A stretch of 64,000 nucleotides of DNA from Octopus vulgaris (lineage: Eukaryota), in the NCBI GenBank assembly GCA_951406725.2, contig OX597818.1, forward strand, positions 134,850,001-134,914,000. The letters run 5' to 3'. Shown in pieces: positions 9,632 through 22,347 of the stretch (positions are counted from its first letter, which is position 1; every line of letters starts with the position of its first letter). The position numbers and the translations under genes are program-made. A model generated the notes under the pieces. That model did not search any database. It was not told where the DNA came from and saw only the letters and a program-made list of their open reading frames with translations.

Positions 9632-11579
9632 TTTTATGTTGTGTTTTTAGATTTAGTCGAGTTTCGTTAATTTCATATCGTGTGTCATTTTCCCTGATCC
9701 GTTTTCAATTTGCTTTAAATATTTTAATTTTTTGTTGTATTTCTCAAGTGTAAGGAAGGATACTGATGTATATAAGTCTTTCTTCAAATGTATTTCTGAA
9801 GAACTGAAGAGGCAATTTACTTTATCTTGTCTTACTTATTTTGCCCCAGCCTAAATTTGTCTTATGGAGATAATTTTCTGAAAGTGTTCAGATATGTTTT
9901 AGTGTTTTTAATGCATGTAGAGACGGTTGTTTGCTTAGTAGATTTAGTTTTGTAAGGCAATGAACATTTGTAAAAATCATTTTTTTCTCTAAGTCAAAAA
10001 TGCATCAAATCTTACACCCTACTGAAATACGTTCTCCGATTTTCATATTTAATTTTTATTTTGAAAATGATAGAGCTATCGAAGAGATAAATATTGTTCT
10101 TTGTCTTAATATGTGTTACTTAAACAACTCTGTGTGTGTGTGTGTGTGCATGCAGGCGTGCGTGTGTGCATGCATGCGTGTGTGTATGTTAAGTATATAT
10201 TATGTTATGGAAGCACTCCGTCGGTTACGACGACGAGGGTTCCGGTTGATCCGATCAACGGAACAGCCTGCTCGTGAAATTAACGTGTAAGTGGCTGAGT
10301 ACTCCACAGACACGTGTACCCTTAACGCAGTTCTCGGGGATATTCAGCGTGACACAGAGAGTGACAAGGCCGGCCCTTTGAAATACAAGTACAACAGAAA
10401 CAGGAAGTAAGAGTGAAAGAAAGTTGTGGTGAAAGAGTACAGCAGGGATCACCACCATCCCCTGTCGGAGCCTCGTGGAGCTTTAGGTGTTTTCGCTCAA
10501 TAAACACTCACAACGCCCGGTCTGGGAATCGAAACCGCGAGTCCACTGCCCTAACCACTGCGCCTCCACATATCTTATGTATTTATATATACGCAAGAGT
10601 AAATAAATTACTGGTTTAATAACTGTGTTTTGATTCAGTGTTATACTGTATATATGTTTGTGTGTGGTAAGAATCTTGCTTCCCAACCACGTGGTTCCAG
10701 GTTCAGTCCCACTGCGTGACACCTTGCGCCATTGTCTCCTACTATAACCTCGGGCCGAATAAAGCCTTGTGAGTGGATTTGGTAGACAGAAACTGAAAGA
10801 CGACCGTCTTTTATATATATTTGTGTGTGTGTGTCTGTGTTTGTCCCCCACCATCTCTTGACAGCCGATGTTGGTGTATTTACGTTCCCGATATACGAGT
10901 GCATCTTCTCCCTGACTTATGGTCTCTTAAGAGTGGCTGTGTGGTAAGTAGCTTGCTTACCAACCACATGGTTCCGGGTTCAATCCCACTGCGTGCCACC
11001 ATGGACAAGTGTCTTCTACTATAGCCTCGGGTCGACCAGAGCCTTGTGAGTGGATTTGGTAGACGGAAACTGAAAAAATCCCGTCGTATATATGTATGTG
11101 TGTGTGTATGTGTTTGTCCCCCAACATCGCTTGACAACCGATGCTGGTGTGTTTACGTCCCCGTAACTTAGCGGTTCGGCATAAGAGACCGATATAATCA
11201 GTACTAGGCTTACAAAAAATAAGTTTATTATCAAAGAATGTATATCTGTATTTTAATACTTTTGTGACAACCAGTACTTAACACAACAAAGCTTATACAA
11301 AGCTTTACATTTTACTTTTGACAACCTTTTTCTAAAAAAAGTGAAACCGGTCAAGTGAATAAACATCTTTAAAATTGCATTTTCAAACCTTTCATATTTA
11401 TTTCCATTCGTGCAGTACCTTACAACTTTACTTTGTTATACACACACACACACACACACACACATAACTTGGAAAAGGATGCGTGGCGTTCGATAATATA
11501 ATAATATAGATAATATATAAATATATGCATATATACATACATATATGTACATACCTACATATATATGTATATATACATG

Positions 11580-12330
11580 TGTAGCGTACCTCGGTGATAT
11601 CCTCACTGTTTGAGAGACATCATACAAATAACTTCATGGCAGATAGCAGCCATCCTTCGGCTGGTTAGGTCATGTTGTGTCCGCTACCCTGATTGGTTGG
11701 TTTGGGAGCAGTTTTATCTCTTGCTTTATTTCGCGCCAATGTGTAAACCAACCAATTGCGGCCTTCAGATAAGGTCCCGTGACACAGTCTTTTACATTTT
11801 CTTCTGGAGCCTCTAGAATGTTATAAAACCCAGCGATCCATTGAATCGTTCGTCTTTGGTTCTAGACCTTCTTAGGACTAACCTCTGACCACAGAGCGAC
11901 CAGCCATGCTCGAGCGACTCAACCAGTTCCAGCGACAGACAGCGACGATGCCAACACCACCGCAGCATCTCAGTAACTTTCTCTACCTTCGCCATCACCT
12001 CCGTCGGCTTCAACAATATGTACACATCAACATCGTTCCAGGTTTAACTTCACGCTGTTGTGAATACTAACCAAGGTTAATATCTTCAGTCTACCTGCGA
12101 GAACTTTCTGAACCAAGTAACCCGGCAAGCATAGAAGCCACAACCTCTACACGTGTAGTAACATAAGAATATTCCCCTTCTTCAGGACAACTGATGAAGG
12201 GGAATATTCTTATGTTGCATGTCTCGTTTCTCTGTTTGTTTGTTGTTTTTCGTTGCTCCAAAAAAGTTCGTTTCTATGTTTTAGTTTCTCATTGTGTTCA
12301 ACGTTTTTTGCTTTTTGATGTCCTGTACAC
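11580..12330. repeat. Unclassified interspersed element with a 28-bp hairpin near one end
   Basis: Higher-GC block between TA microsatellites; inverted repeat 12158-12218. Confidence 0.35.
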
Positions 12331-12371
12331 ATATATGCATGTATATATACATATATATATATATATGTTGT

Positions 12372-12445
<74 letters not shown>

Positions 12446-12458
12446 CCTACATATATAT

Positions 12459-13469
12459 TGTTACGAAACATGCCGTCGCTCAAACTTCGAACCCGAGACC
12501 CTACCAAGTCGAGCGACGACGATTGACCGGCTCAGTCGAACGGGAATTCGCCACACAGAGAGGAAACGGTGGTGGGGGGTTGGCAGCGAACTCGAACCGG
12601 CGACCGGAGATAACAACAACAACAACAACAAGAGGAAGAGAGACACGGCGGAAGGCGATAACTTACATTTAAGAACAGTTTATAACAATTATTACAACAT
12701 CAAATACAATGTGAAACATAGCAGATACAAGAAAATAACATGCAACAGAATTAACAAGAAAATAACAAAATCAAAGCATTTAAACATAACACGTCGTTCG
12801 AAAACAATCAAACAGTTCACGATACACCAAGTCCGGAGACAAATCAAAACAGTTCAAATCAATGTCCTACATTAAAGTCTTTCTCTTTCTTTTCTTCCTC
12901 TTTTCCCTCAATTCACAACGTTCTTTACAATCTCATTTCTTTTCTTCCTCTTTTCCTTCTTTTTTTTCCGACACCTCAATTCCCCTTTTTTAGTTCAACA
13001 ATTCTTTTTTTCTCTCCATCACAGATTACAATTTACGTCATAATTCTTTCTTTTACATTTCACATAAAAAAATAAACAAAACTTTACCGTTACATTTTCT
13101 AGTTACAATAGCCGTGCCTTCACGCCGCAATTTCCCCCACCTCCTCAATCCTCTGTGTATGTCTTTCTCAACCTCTCGCTTGTCATCCTCTCACATTCAC
13201 CGTCTCCGGCACAACTGCTAAACTGCCCTGTTGCCAAACTGATCCTGATGCCAACTGATCCTGTTGCCGACTGACCAACAAGCTCACAGCTCGCCGCATT
13301 TTAAAGGGTGGTTTCTTAAACTCTGCTTGACCGGAAAAGGGTCAAAGGTCTCTTCCAAACACATTAATCATTCCAGAAACCGACAGGACAAAGGCCTTAT
13401 CCGTCTGCTTGACGCCAAATCACAAAACCAGGCCACAAGCACTCTGTTTCTCAACTGACCTCCATATCA
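12459..13469. mobile_element. Probable solo LTR (about 1 kb)
   Basis: TG...CA ends with imperfect terminal inverted repeat; ATAT on both flanks (weak, within a TA repeat); no ORF. Confidence 0.55.
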
Positions 13470-13478
13470 ATATGTTGT

Positions 13479-13680
<202 letters not shown>

Positions 13681-14107
13681 CAGGCAATAATACAAACAAA
13701 TGATGGCCATGACTCCTTGTCAGGAGAATGAAAAGAAGGCTCTAAATTCTCTCCTTTACTATATCCTCCAATGAAGAAATCTTCGATTGGACAACCCCTA
13801 TTACAACAACACCTTAGTGGTAAGTGGGTTCGAAGAAGAGATCACTCACACACCCAACCCGAACTCACCAAAAACAGAACAATGTCACAATGGGGCATAC
13901 ACGATCGCGCGCGCGCGCACATATGGCCGCAGACACATACACACGCACAGATTTTTCTAATATGCAATAACACAAAGGCGCTTCCGTACACTCACACCAA
14001 AGCGCACACGCATGCGAATGCGCAGCCACACACACATTCTCTTTGTCTCTCTCTCTCTCTCTTTCTGTCTTCCTCTCTGTCTCACATCGATATAAAAATA
14101 TGAATAT

Positions 14108-14432
14108 CTGGGACCCCCTTCGGTCACGACACTGACCATGGGATTGCACCTAGAAAGTTACCCTCCCAGGCACAAGTCTGGGCAAGGTGGTTTTATGGAA
14201 GACCAGCAATCGCCCATGCATACCACGCCACCAATGTTGCCCAAGGGAAAGGCAAAGGTCGATACAGCTTGGCACCCGTGACGTCGCAACTCATTTCTGC
14301 AGCTGATTGAACTGGAGCAACGTGAAATAAAGTGTCTTGCTCAAGAACACAACACGCAGCCCGGTCCGGGATTCGAGCTCACAACCTCACAATCGTAAGC
14401 TCGACGCTCTAACCACTGAGCCATGCGCCTTC
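14108..14432 (-). mobile_element. tRNA-derived SINE family D; second copy at 47509-47840(+)
   Basis: GGCGCATGGCTCAGTGGTTAGAGCG head; TTCTTGAGCAAGACACTT central domain. Confidence 0.85.
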
Positions 14433-14690
14433 AAAAAAAAAATAATAAATATGAATATAGAACCTGTAAACTAGGAGACAGACAGACAGATCTGAAGCAG
14501 ACCTGGAGCCGAAAGGGCATGTCATTGATGAGGTCACGAATGGTGAGGAAAGGACTTTGACAAACCTCACTAATTGATTGATTGACCGAACAGTTAGTTA
14601 ATCAAACAATCGATTAGTTAATTGGTTAAATAGTTAACCAATCACTAACATACAGGAGTGCATGTAGGACGCTTGACCGACGTTCTAGAC

Positions 14691-15576
14691 CAGTAGTTCT
14701 CAACCGGGGTCCGTATGGCCTCTGACGGTCCATACAAGATTTTTTGGGATCCACGTAACAAAATAGTAAATTAGGGTTCCACAATAGAATTTGAAAGGCT
14801 CCTGAAAAAATTACCTTAGATGTATGTATTGGTATGAATTGCAAGAAACAGCTCGGTTTCTTTCTCTAATATTTTGCATAAATCAACCTACACATGTTAA
14901 TGTATGAAAAACAAAATAGAATTTTGAAAGATGTTTCTATAAAACTAGTTTTAAAACATCGAAAGGCTTTGAGGGTCCATCAGAATAAAATAATAATCAA
15001 AGGGGTTCTGTAGTGGCTCGATCCACCATAGCCAAATTTAAATTAACACTGCAACAGAATTTTTCCCACGATGGAACAATGACAGCAGTTTTACATTTTC
15101 CAGATGCCTTTGGCTAGGCCGAAATAATGTCTTCACCACTTGACCCTTTCTAACCTCTTCTACTTCACCAAAAGCTAGAATATAAATAACAAGACCACCA
15201 ACTAAATATATTGTTCTCAATGATATATCTATCCTTCTGGATAGTTATAAAAGCAAGAACATCCCAAGCAAAAATCAGTCGGTGACGACTCAACCAGTTA
15301 GTCACTTCGGTGACAACGAAGTCTGGCTGACCAACTAGAACATTGGTCAGAGGGAGGAATGAAGTTTACTGTCAGCAACTGTGAGACAACGCCCTACAAC
15401 TTTCACTAGTTCTAATTCTGTTCTCTTACAACATCATCTATCGCTATCTGTGGATTACTACTAACAATTTGTGTACGCCAAACTATGTAAAAAAAAATTC
15501 TACTACATCTAACTTTCTTTCGCTTGCCCCCGGATGTTATAACCTGCCATAGATAAAAAATGGTTAAGAACACCTG
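14691..15576. mobile_element. hAT (Charlie-like) MITE carrying an LTR-like insertion (15009-15507)
   Basis: TIRs CAGTAGTTCTCAACC / GGTTAAGAACACCTG; left site TTCTAGAC; insert bounded by TGTAGTGG...CTACTACA; no right-hand TSD. Confidence 0.55.
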
Positions 15577-16738
15577 TTGGGGGTTGCATTATTGCATTAT
15601 ACAATATGCTCCTTTTGAAGACGGTAGGGTGGGAGTTTAATAAATATTTAGCTGCTAATTTTAACAGATCATGTAAAGATTCTTTCATTACAGTTAAGTT
15701 TGAAGAATTGCATAAAATATTGGTCGAGAGTAAACGTAGACTCTACTTCATATGTAGCGACTTTGTGCGGATATTTTAGTTTTACTGCTTTGTCATGGGT
15801 ATTATTTTTAATCATTCAGAAACCAATAGCCTGTTTTGGATAGTTAAACAGGACACGGGACTATTTTCACCATTGTTAAATTTACTATTTTAACCAATCA
15901 GTAGTCTCTGAGCTGTTTTTGACTATTTAAGAGAACATATAGCTGTCTCATCTTCAATAAGTTTGTATACATTTTTTTGTGACTCTTTCCTTCTTTCTCT
16001 CTCGTCCTTTCCTTTTCTAACAACTCTACTTCCTCTCTCTCGTCTTCTTACACTTAATTGTAGACTTCTCCCTTTCTTTCCCTGCTCTCTTTCTCTGCCA
16101 CTCTTTCTCCCTCCTTCCCTTCTATCTGCTGCCCACACTTGACCACTCACTGTTTTTCTATCGTCTGCCTTTTTGTCACTGGATGCCTAGCATGCTGGTC
16201 AACCTTTTTTTCTCTTCTCAATTCTGTTCTTTACATCCATTTGAGGATTCCTCCCAGGCGTTTATCCATCATTCTCTTGTTTGGCCCCAAGGCTATATTT
16301 ATCTATTTATTGTCTTCGTCTTTCGTTTCAAATTACTGTTGATTACTTTCGTACGTCAACCCTGTATTATTTTGATTGCTCGAACCCTAATACTCCACAA
16401 ATCTTGCGGGTGCCGCCGATATACGAAGTTCCTAGTCTTATCGTTAAAGGCATGAAACTAGGTATTAGTACTTTTCGGTCGATAACTGATGAAGTATTAG
16501 GGTTCTGGTGTCTGTCATATACTCTTTTCTCTTTTACTTGTTTCAGTCATTTGACTGCGGCCATGCTGGAGCACGACCTTTAGTCGAACAAATCGACCCC
16601 GGGACTTATTCTTTGTAAGCCCAGTACTTATTCTATCGGTCTCTTTTGCCGAACCGCTAAGTGACGGCGACGTAAACACACCAGCATCGGTTGTCAAGCA
16701 ATGCTAGGGGGACAAACACAGACACACAAACATACACT

Positions 16739-16776
<38 letters not shown>

Positions 16777-17881
16777 TACAACGGGCTTCTTTCAGTTTCC
16801 GTCTACCAAATCCACTCACAAGGCATTGGTCGGCCCGGGGCTATAGCAGAAGACACTTGCCCAAGATGCCACGCGGTGGGACTGAACCCGGAACCATGTG
16901 GTTGGTAAACAAGCTATATACCACACAGTCACTCCTGCGCCTGTGTACGTTTTGTAGTATTTAATGCATTTTTTTCGTTTATGTAACGCACAGATGTGGT
17001 TCTTACGTCGAAGCTACCAATTGTAGAAATTACTTGATTAAGTACTTGATAAGAGAAATTACTTGATGTAGAAATAGCGACTCTTGTTCTGCGTCGGGGT
17101 CGCTGTGTGTAGATAGCCGAAAGTCGGATGAGATAGCGTAATAGCAACATCGAAGAGAAAAGAATAATATTCACAGATTTTATTTGCCGGCAGTGGTCAG
17201 TAACACAAACTAAGTAGTAATCGTATAAGTGACATTGTCAACAATATGTGGAGGCGCAATGGCCCAGTGGTCGTAGGATCGCGGTTTCGATTCCCAGACC
17301 GGGCGTTGTGAGTGTTTATTGAGCGAAAACACCTAAAAGCTCCACGATGCTCCGGCAGGGGATGGTGGTGATCCCTGCTGTACTCTTTCACCACAACTTT
17401 CTCTCACTCTTACTTCCTGTTTCTGTTGTACCTGTATTTCAAAGGGCCGGCCTTGTCACTCTCGGTGTCACGCTGAGTATCCCCGAGAACTACGTTAAGG
17501 GTACACGTGTCTGTGGAGTGCTCAGCCACTTGCGCGTTAATTTCACGAGCAGGCTGTTCCGTTGATTTGGTTCAACCGGAACCCTCATCGTCGTAACCGA
17601 CGGAGTACTGTCAACAATGTGTGCTGCTCGCGCGCTCTTATGTTGAAAGCTGTGTGTGGAAGCCAAGTTAACGGTCAGTTGTCGGAGAGGAGGAGAGGGT
17701 AAGATTTGCGTTGTCCTTTTCCATTCGGCCAAAGGATGTTCTTGGTTAACCGGCTGAAAAATGAAGATGGAAGCGAACCCTTCATTCGTTTATATAAGGT
17801 TCGGCTAGGAAGTAGGTCAACCCTTAAACATATGTTGTGTATAAGGAAAAGGATGACAGTGACTTCGAACTTTAAGCTTAG

Positions 17882-18682
17882 TGATCGTTTCCTTTTGAAC
17901 GGCACTTTGTAACATAATTTCTAGTTAACAAAACATTTTTAAACTTCGTATACTGGTAGAATGTGTTTATAAAACATCATTTTCTCTTGGCTTTATTGAG
18001 AAAATTCTATAGGTTGTAAGATATTTCGTCTAAAATTTCTTGCATTTCGGCAATTTTAACCAATGAATTACCTCCATTGACGTAAATAGCATTCTGTGCA
18101 TAATGAATATGACCCCCTTTAAGAAACAGATTGGGTTTATTTACATTTGTGAAGAAAATAATATACCCTTCGCCAACCCCTAACCCTAACCCTAAATCTA
18201 AAATAGATTGAAATGCAATAGATCGATACTAGGGTCATAATTATGGGTGACATTTTCATTTGACAACGCTAGCAAAAAAATCCCATTTTCCGTAGCGGTG
18301 TCGTATGAAATTGTCACCCATAATTATAACCCTAGTATCGATCTATTGCATTTTAATCTATTTTAGATTTAGGGTTAGAGTTAGGGGTGGGGGAGGGTAT
18401 CTTTTTTTCTTCACAAGTGTAAATAAACCCAATCTGTTTCTTAAAGGAGGGACATATTCATTATGCACAGAATGTTATTTACGTCAATGGAGGTAACTGA
18501 TTGGTTAAAATTGCCGAAATGCAAGAAATTTTAGACGAAATGTGTTACAACCTATAGAATTTTCTCAATAAAACCAAGAGAAAATGGTGTTTTATAAACA
18601 CATTCTACCAATATACGAAGTTTAAAACTTTTTAGTTACCTAGAAATTATGTTACAAAGTGTCGTTCAAAAGGAAAAGATCC
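17882..18682. mobile_element. 801-bp fold-back MITE with about 390-bp arms and 8-bp TSD AAGCTTAG
   Basis: Arms match along their whole length around about 18280; TSD at 17874-17881 and 18683-18690; CCCTAA/TTAGGG units inside. Confidence 0.9.
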
Positions 18683-20199
18683 AAGCTTAGTAATATTATG
18701 CGATGGTATAGAAATGCCAATGTTTGAAAATGGGGGTACAGTAACACTGAATCAAAGGACACACTAAAATCAAACCTCAGCTTATTTGTGAATATTCCTT
18801 TATTGGAAAAGTTTAGGTAAAATTCCTTTGAAATACATGTAGTTGCACAAGACAAAATAGGACAGCGCACAGCATACTGTGTAATTCAGTTTGGGCAGTA
18901 CACCAATATTTTGGCGGGAAAATATGTAGCTAGGAACTCAATGTCGTTTTAACTATGCGAGTATGGCTTTATGTATGTCTGTATATATTTCTACAATGGT
19001 GTATCCCACAGATGACCTAAAAGGAAAATATCTATATGCATGTCTTTATAACGAAGTTTTCCACAAGCTTATCTACGAACATGCATGCTAGGAGTAAGCC
19101 ACAATGAAACCTTATTATTAATAACCCTTTTCAACAACTTAAACAAGTATTTCATCATTAAAGCGGTTTTTATTTACACTGTTGTTTGTATTAATGCTAT
19201 CTAAACAAATGATATGGAACAAAAAAATATGCCTACTGTGGGAGGCCTAACATACCATTCGGTTTAATAGCCCCATCGCGTCCTTAGGTGCCTTCAGCGG
19301 AGTTCACAGAAACCCTACTGTTCCCTTTCTCCACGTCCAAATTTTCAGACAATGCAAAGGCTACATCAATATCTCTCGTTTGCCTCTAAACACTCAAAGG
19401 CTCTCGCGTCTTTACTTTTATAACTACTATTGTATATCATTCTCATATATACAATACTTTATTCCACCATTCCTTGCCATCGATATATTCTAGGGAACTC
19501 TTTCTCGTCCCACGATTGCATCGTGTAAGAAGTAGAGAAAAAACATCGTGCCATTAGTCCCTTATCTCAGTTTAAAAAGACAAAACAAAACTGTAAAAAC
19601 AACATTTCAAAACCGAAATATTTAAACATTCTAATTCTTTTTTTTCTTCTTCTTCTTTTAAGCATTAATAATCAAAGAAAGAATTGTGAGTTGGCAAAAA
19701 CGGCAGAGTTTCGGATTAAATGTTTTACAGCATTTAGTTTCGACCACAGTTCCCAGTTCAAACGTCGCCGAGTGTCGACAAGTATCAACCATATATAATA
19801 GTATCAAATGAATTGATTTAGCATTGCCTTGAAAAACGTGTCCCTAAAAAGAAAAAAACTAGACAACAAGCAAATGTTACAAATTAAATATAATCATTAA
19901 TATTTTGTAAACATTATACTTTTACATTTTTGCCATTGCTGTCAATGACGTTATATTTTCAACCTATCAAAAATAGCAAAAGCGCTGAAACTTAAGCCTT
20001 GTGGTTTCATTCAGCGGTTTTTTTTTTTGAAGACTGGAACAGACAGTTACAATAAATATAATTTTCCAAAAATAATTCTACATGAAAATATGTCTATTAT
20101 ATTCATTCTACGTTATATTTTATGTAAGATTTTTGGTGACGATATTTATCTGAAGTTGCAGATCATTTAGGAAAATAGGACTCAAAAGAAAATTCCTAT

Positions 20200-20471
20200 T
20201 GGAAACAATAAAAAAGGTTTAAAGAGCAACTTTGGTGATGAGAAGCAGACGCCAGTATCATCACGTCACCCTTGACAGGTGCTCCAAGTACTTCAGGTTT
20301 GTTTTAAATTGAGAGTAGCGGCCCCTTGAAAGAGCAGAGGCCATTTAAACCATTTATCACTTACCACCACAGCCTGATGCTCGCTACTGCTTCTTTCTTT
20401 CTGTCTCCCTCTTTCTCGCTAGTTTTCTTTATGTTACCGTAATCTCATTTTCGTTTAGAGTGATTATCATA
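20200..20471 (+). promoter_or_regulatory. Probable promoter and 5' UTR region of the STK31-like gene (UTR exon ending 20296, short intron to 20458)
   Basis: Repeat-free, relatively GC-rich patch with CRE-like TCACGTCA; donor CAG|gtttgt at 20296 and pyrimidine tract plus AG at 20458. Confidence 0.5.
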
Positions 20472-20564
20472 ATGTCTTCGTCGTCAGCACACAACAAAAT
20501 CTCTCCTGGACATGCGATTACCTACGACGTATTCGTAGCTAACCTACCTTCCGATGCCAACGAG
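20472..20564 (+). CDS. STK31: Coding exon 1: MSSSSAHNKISPGHAITYDVFVANLPSDANE (RRM RNP2)
   Basis: Acceptor tttag at 20458, ATG at 20472, donor GAG|gtaata, phase 0; VFVANL matches RNP2. Confidence 0.88.
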
Positions 20565-22314
20565 GTAATATCCTTTATCTTTTATCTTTTATAAGCAACT
20601 AATTATATCTTATGTTTATTTCGCACATTTACGTTCATTGTTTTTAATTCATTCATGAATTACTAATGCTTTAAATAGATAATAATCTCTTCATTCAATA
20701 ACACCACATGTTTATTATTTTTCCTCTATAAAATATGATCATGACCGAAGAGGTAATTTTATTAATTGTTAATTAAAAATCAATTAAAACGACTGTGATG
20801 TGTCTGTAGAGGTGTAATGTACAATAAATATAGTCGATTTAAAACGACAAAAATATCCAATTGAATTAATATAAAGTACGGATTTTAAGTAAGTAGGGCT
20901 TTATGCAATAACAGCAACAGCAGCGAAGCTTAATAAGATAATCAACAACTTGAGGCAATTCAACTGCACATCATTCAAGAGGAAAACATGTGTCTTGGGG
21001 AAACCATGTGCATCGAACCCCCTTCAGTAAATGACAACATGGCGCGCCATTTTCGATTCTGTTAAGTATTTCTTGCATTAAACAGTGCTTAGTTGAGAAA
21101 TTATATATCTATATACATACATATATATATATATGTATATATATGTTATTGTGCTTTGATATATTAAAGATTCGTGTTGAGTACTGAAACCTACAATTCG
21201 AATATGTCTAGAATACAACTGTACTGTATTGTATTGCATTGTTTGTATTATTTTATTAATGTAATTGATATGTAACAGTATGGTTTGGTCTCTGGAGAGA
21301 GAGGTTGGTTGGGGTAAAATGGGAGTTTGGTTTAATGTTTTCTCTGATAATCGATTTATATATATAGGAATGGCGTGAGTTGTAGTAAGACGGTCTGTTT
21401 GTCCTCAACTAATATCTTCGTCTCTTGTTTATTAATACTATACTTATTTGTATGTGCAAATGTTTTCTTCAAAGCCTTGCTTACAAGCACTTCAATGCGA
21501 GATTTATTAATTAATTCTGTTTGTATTTTCTTACGTGCACGTATGTATATGTGTGCGTGTGTATATAATTTTAATCACTTTAGTTAGTGTTCGAATACGT
21601 CTAGTCACAACTCCAATGCCATGTTTAGCAAACTGAAAATCGATAAAGAATACTCTGCCTCCCATCGTATCCTATCAACAACTGCTACGAACAACTTGAG
21701 TCAAACTATCGATCTTGATTGCTGCCCCTCCCCGTAGACTGTTTGTCAGCTACAACGAAATAGGAATCCCTTATACCTTTGCCTGCAGCCTCTAATAAGC
21801 TACTCGTCGACACCAGTTTCCCTATGAACAACCTGTTTTTATTTTGCCTTTCCATTTTTCCCGTCACAGACATGCTGGGATAGACTTAACATTGTAATAT
21901 TACTTCTCTCTTTTTATCGCGTACTTTTTGTAATAAATCTTTCTGGTTAATATTTTTGAGCAGTTAGATACTCAAGACATAATAATAGCAGACAAATACA
22001 TAGACATACATAATTCTGTCATTCTCAGTTAAAAGATAATTGAAAAAATGCTACCAGAATTCAGAAATACCATGTGCGTGTGTGTATATGTATCTCTGTT
22101 TTTGTGTGTGTGTGTGCATGTCTGTCTGTGCTGTGTGACGGACGCTGGTTGGTGTGTTCCAGTAGTAGAACTACCTACTCAATAGTCTAAGTTACTCAGT
22201 ATTCCAGTTGTACTATTAACGTAATCAATTCTCAAAACTGAATTTTCGTGACAAGGCTAAAACAGTGTCAGCCTCTTCGATCTCACACGTGTATGCAATA
22301 TATATATATATATC

Positions 22315-22347
<33 letters not shown>

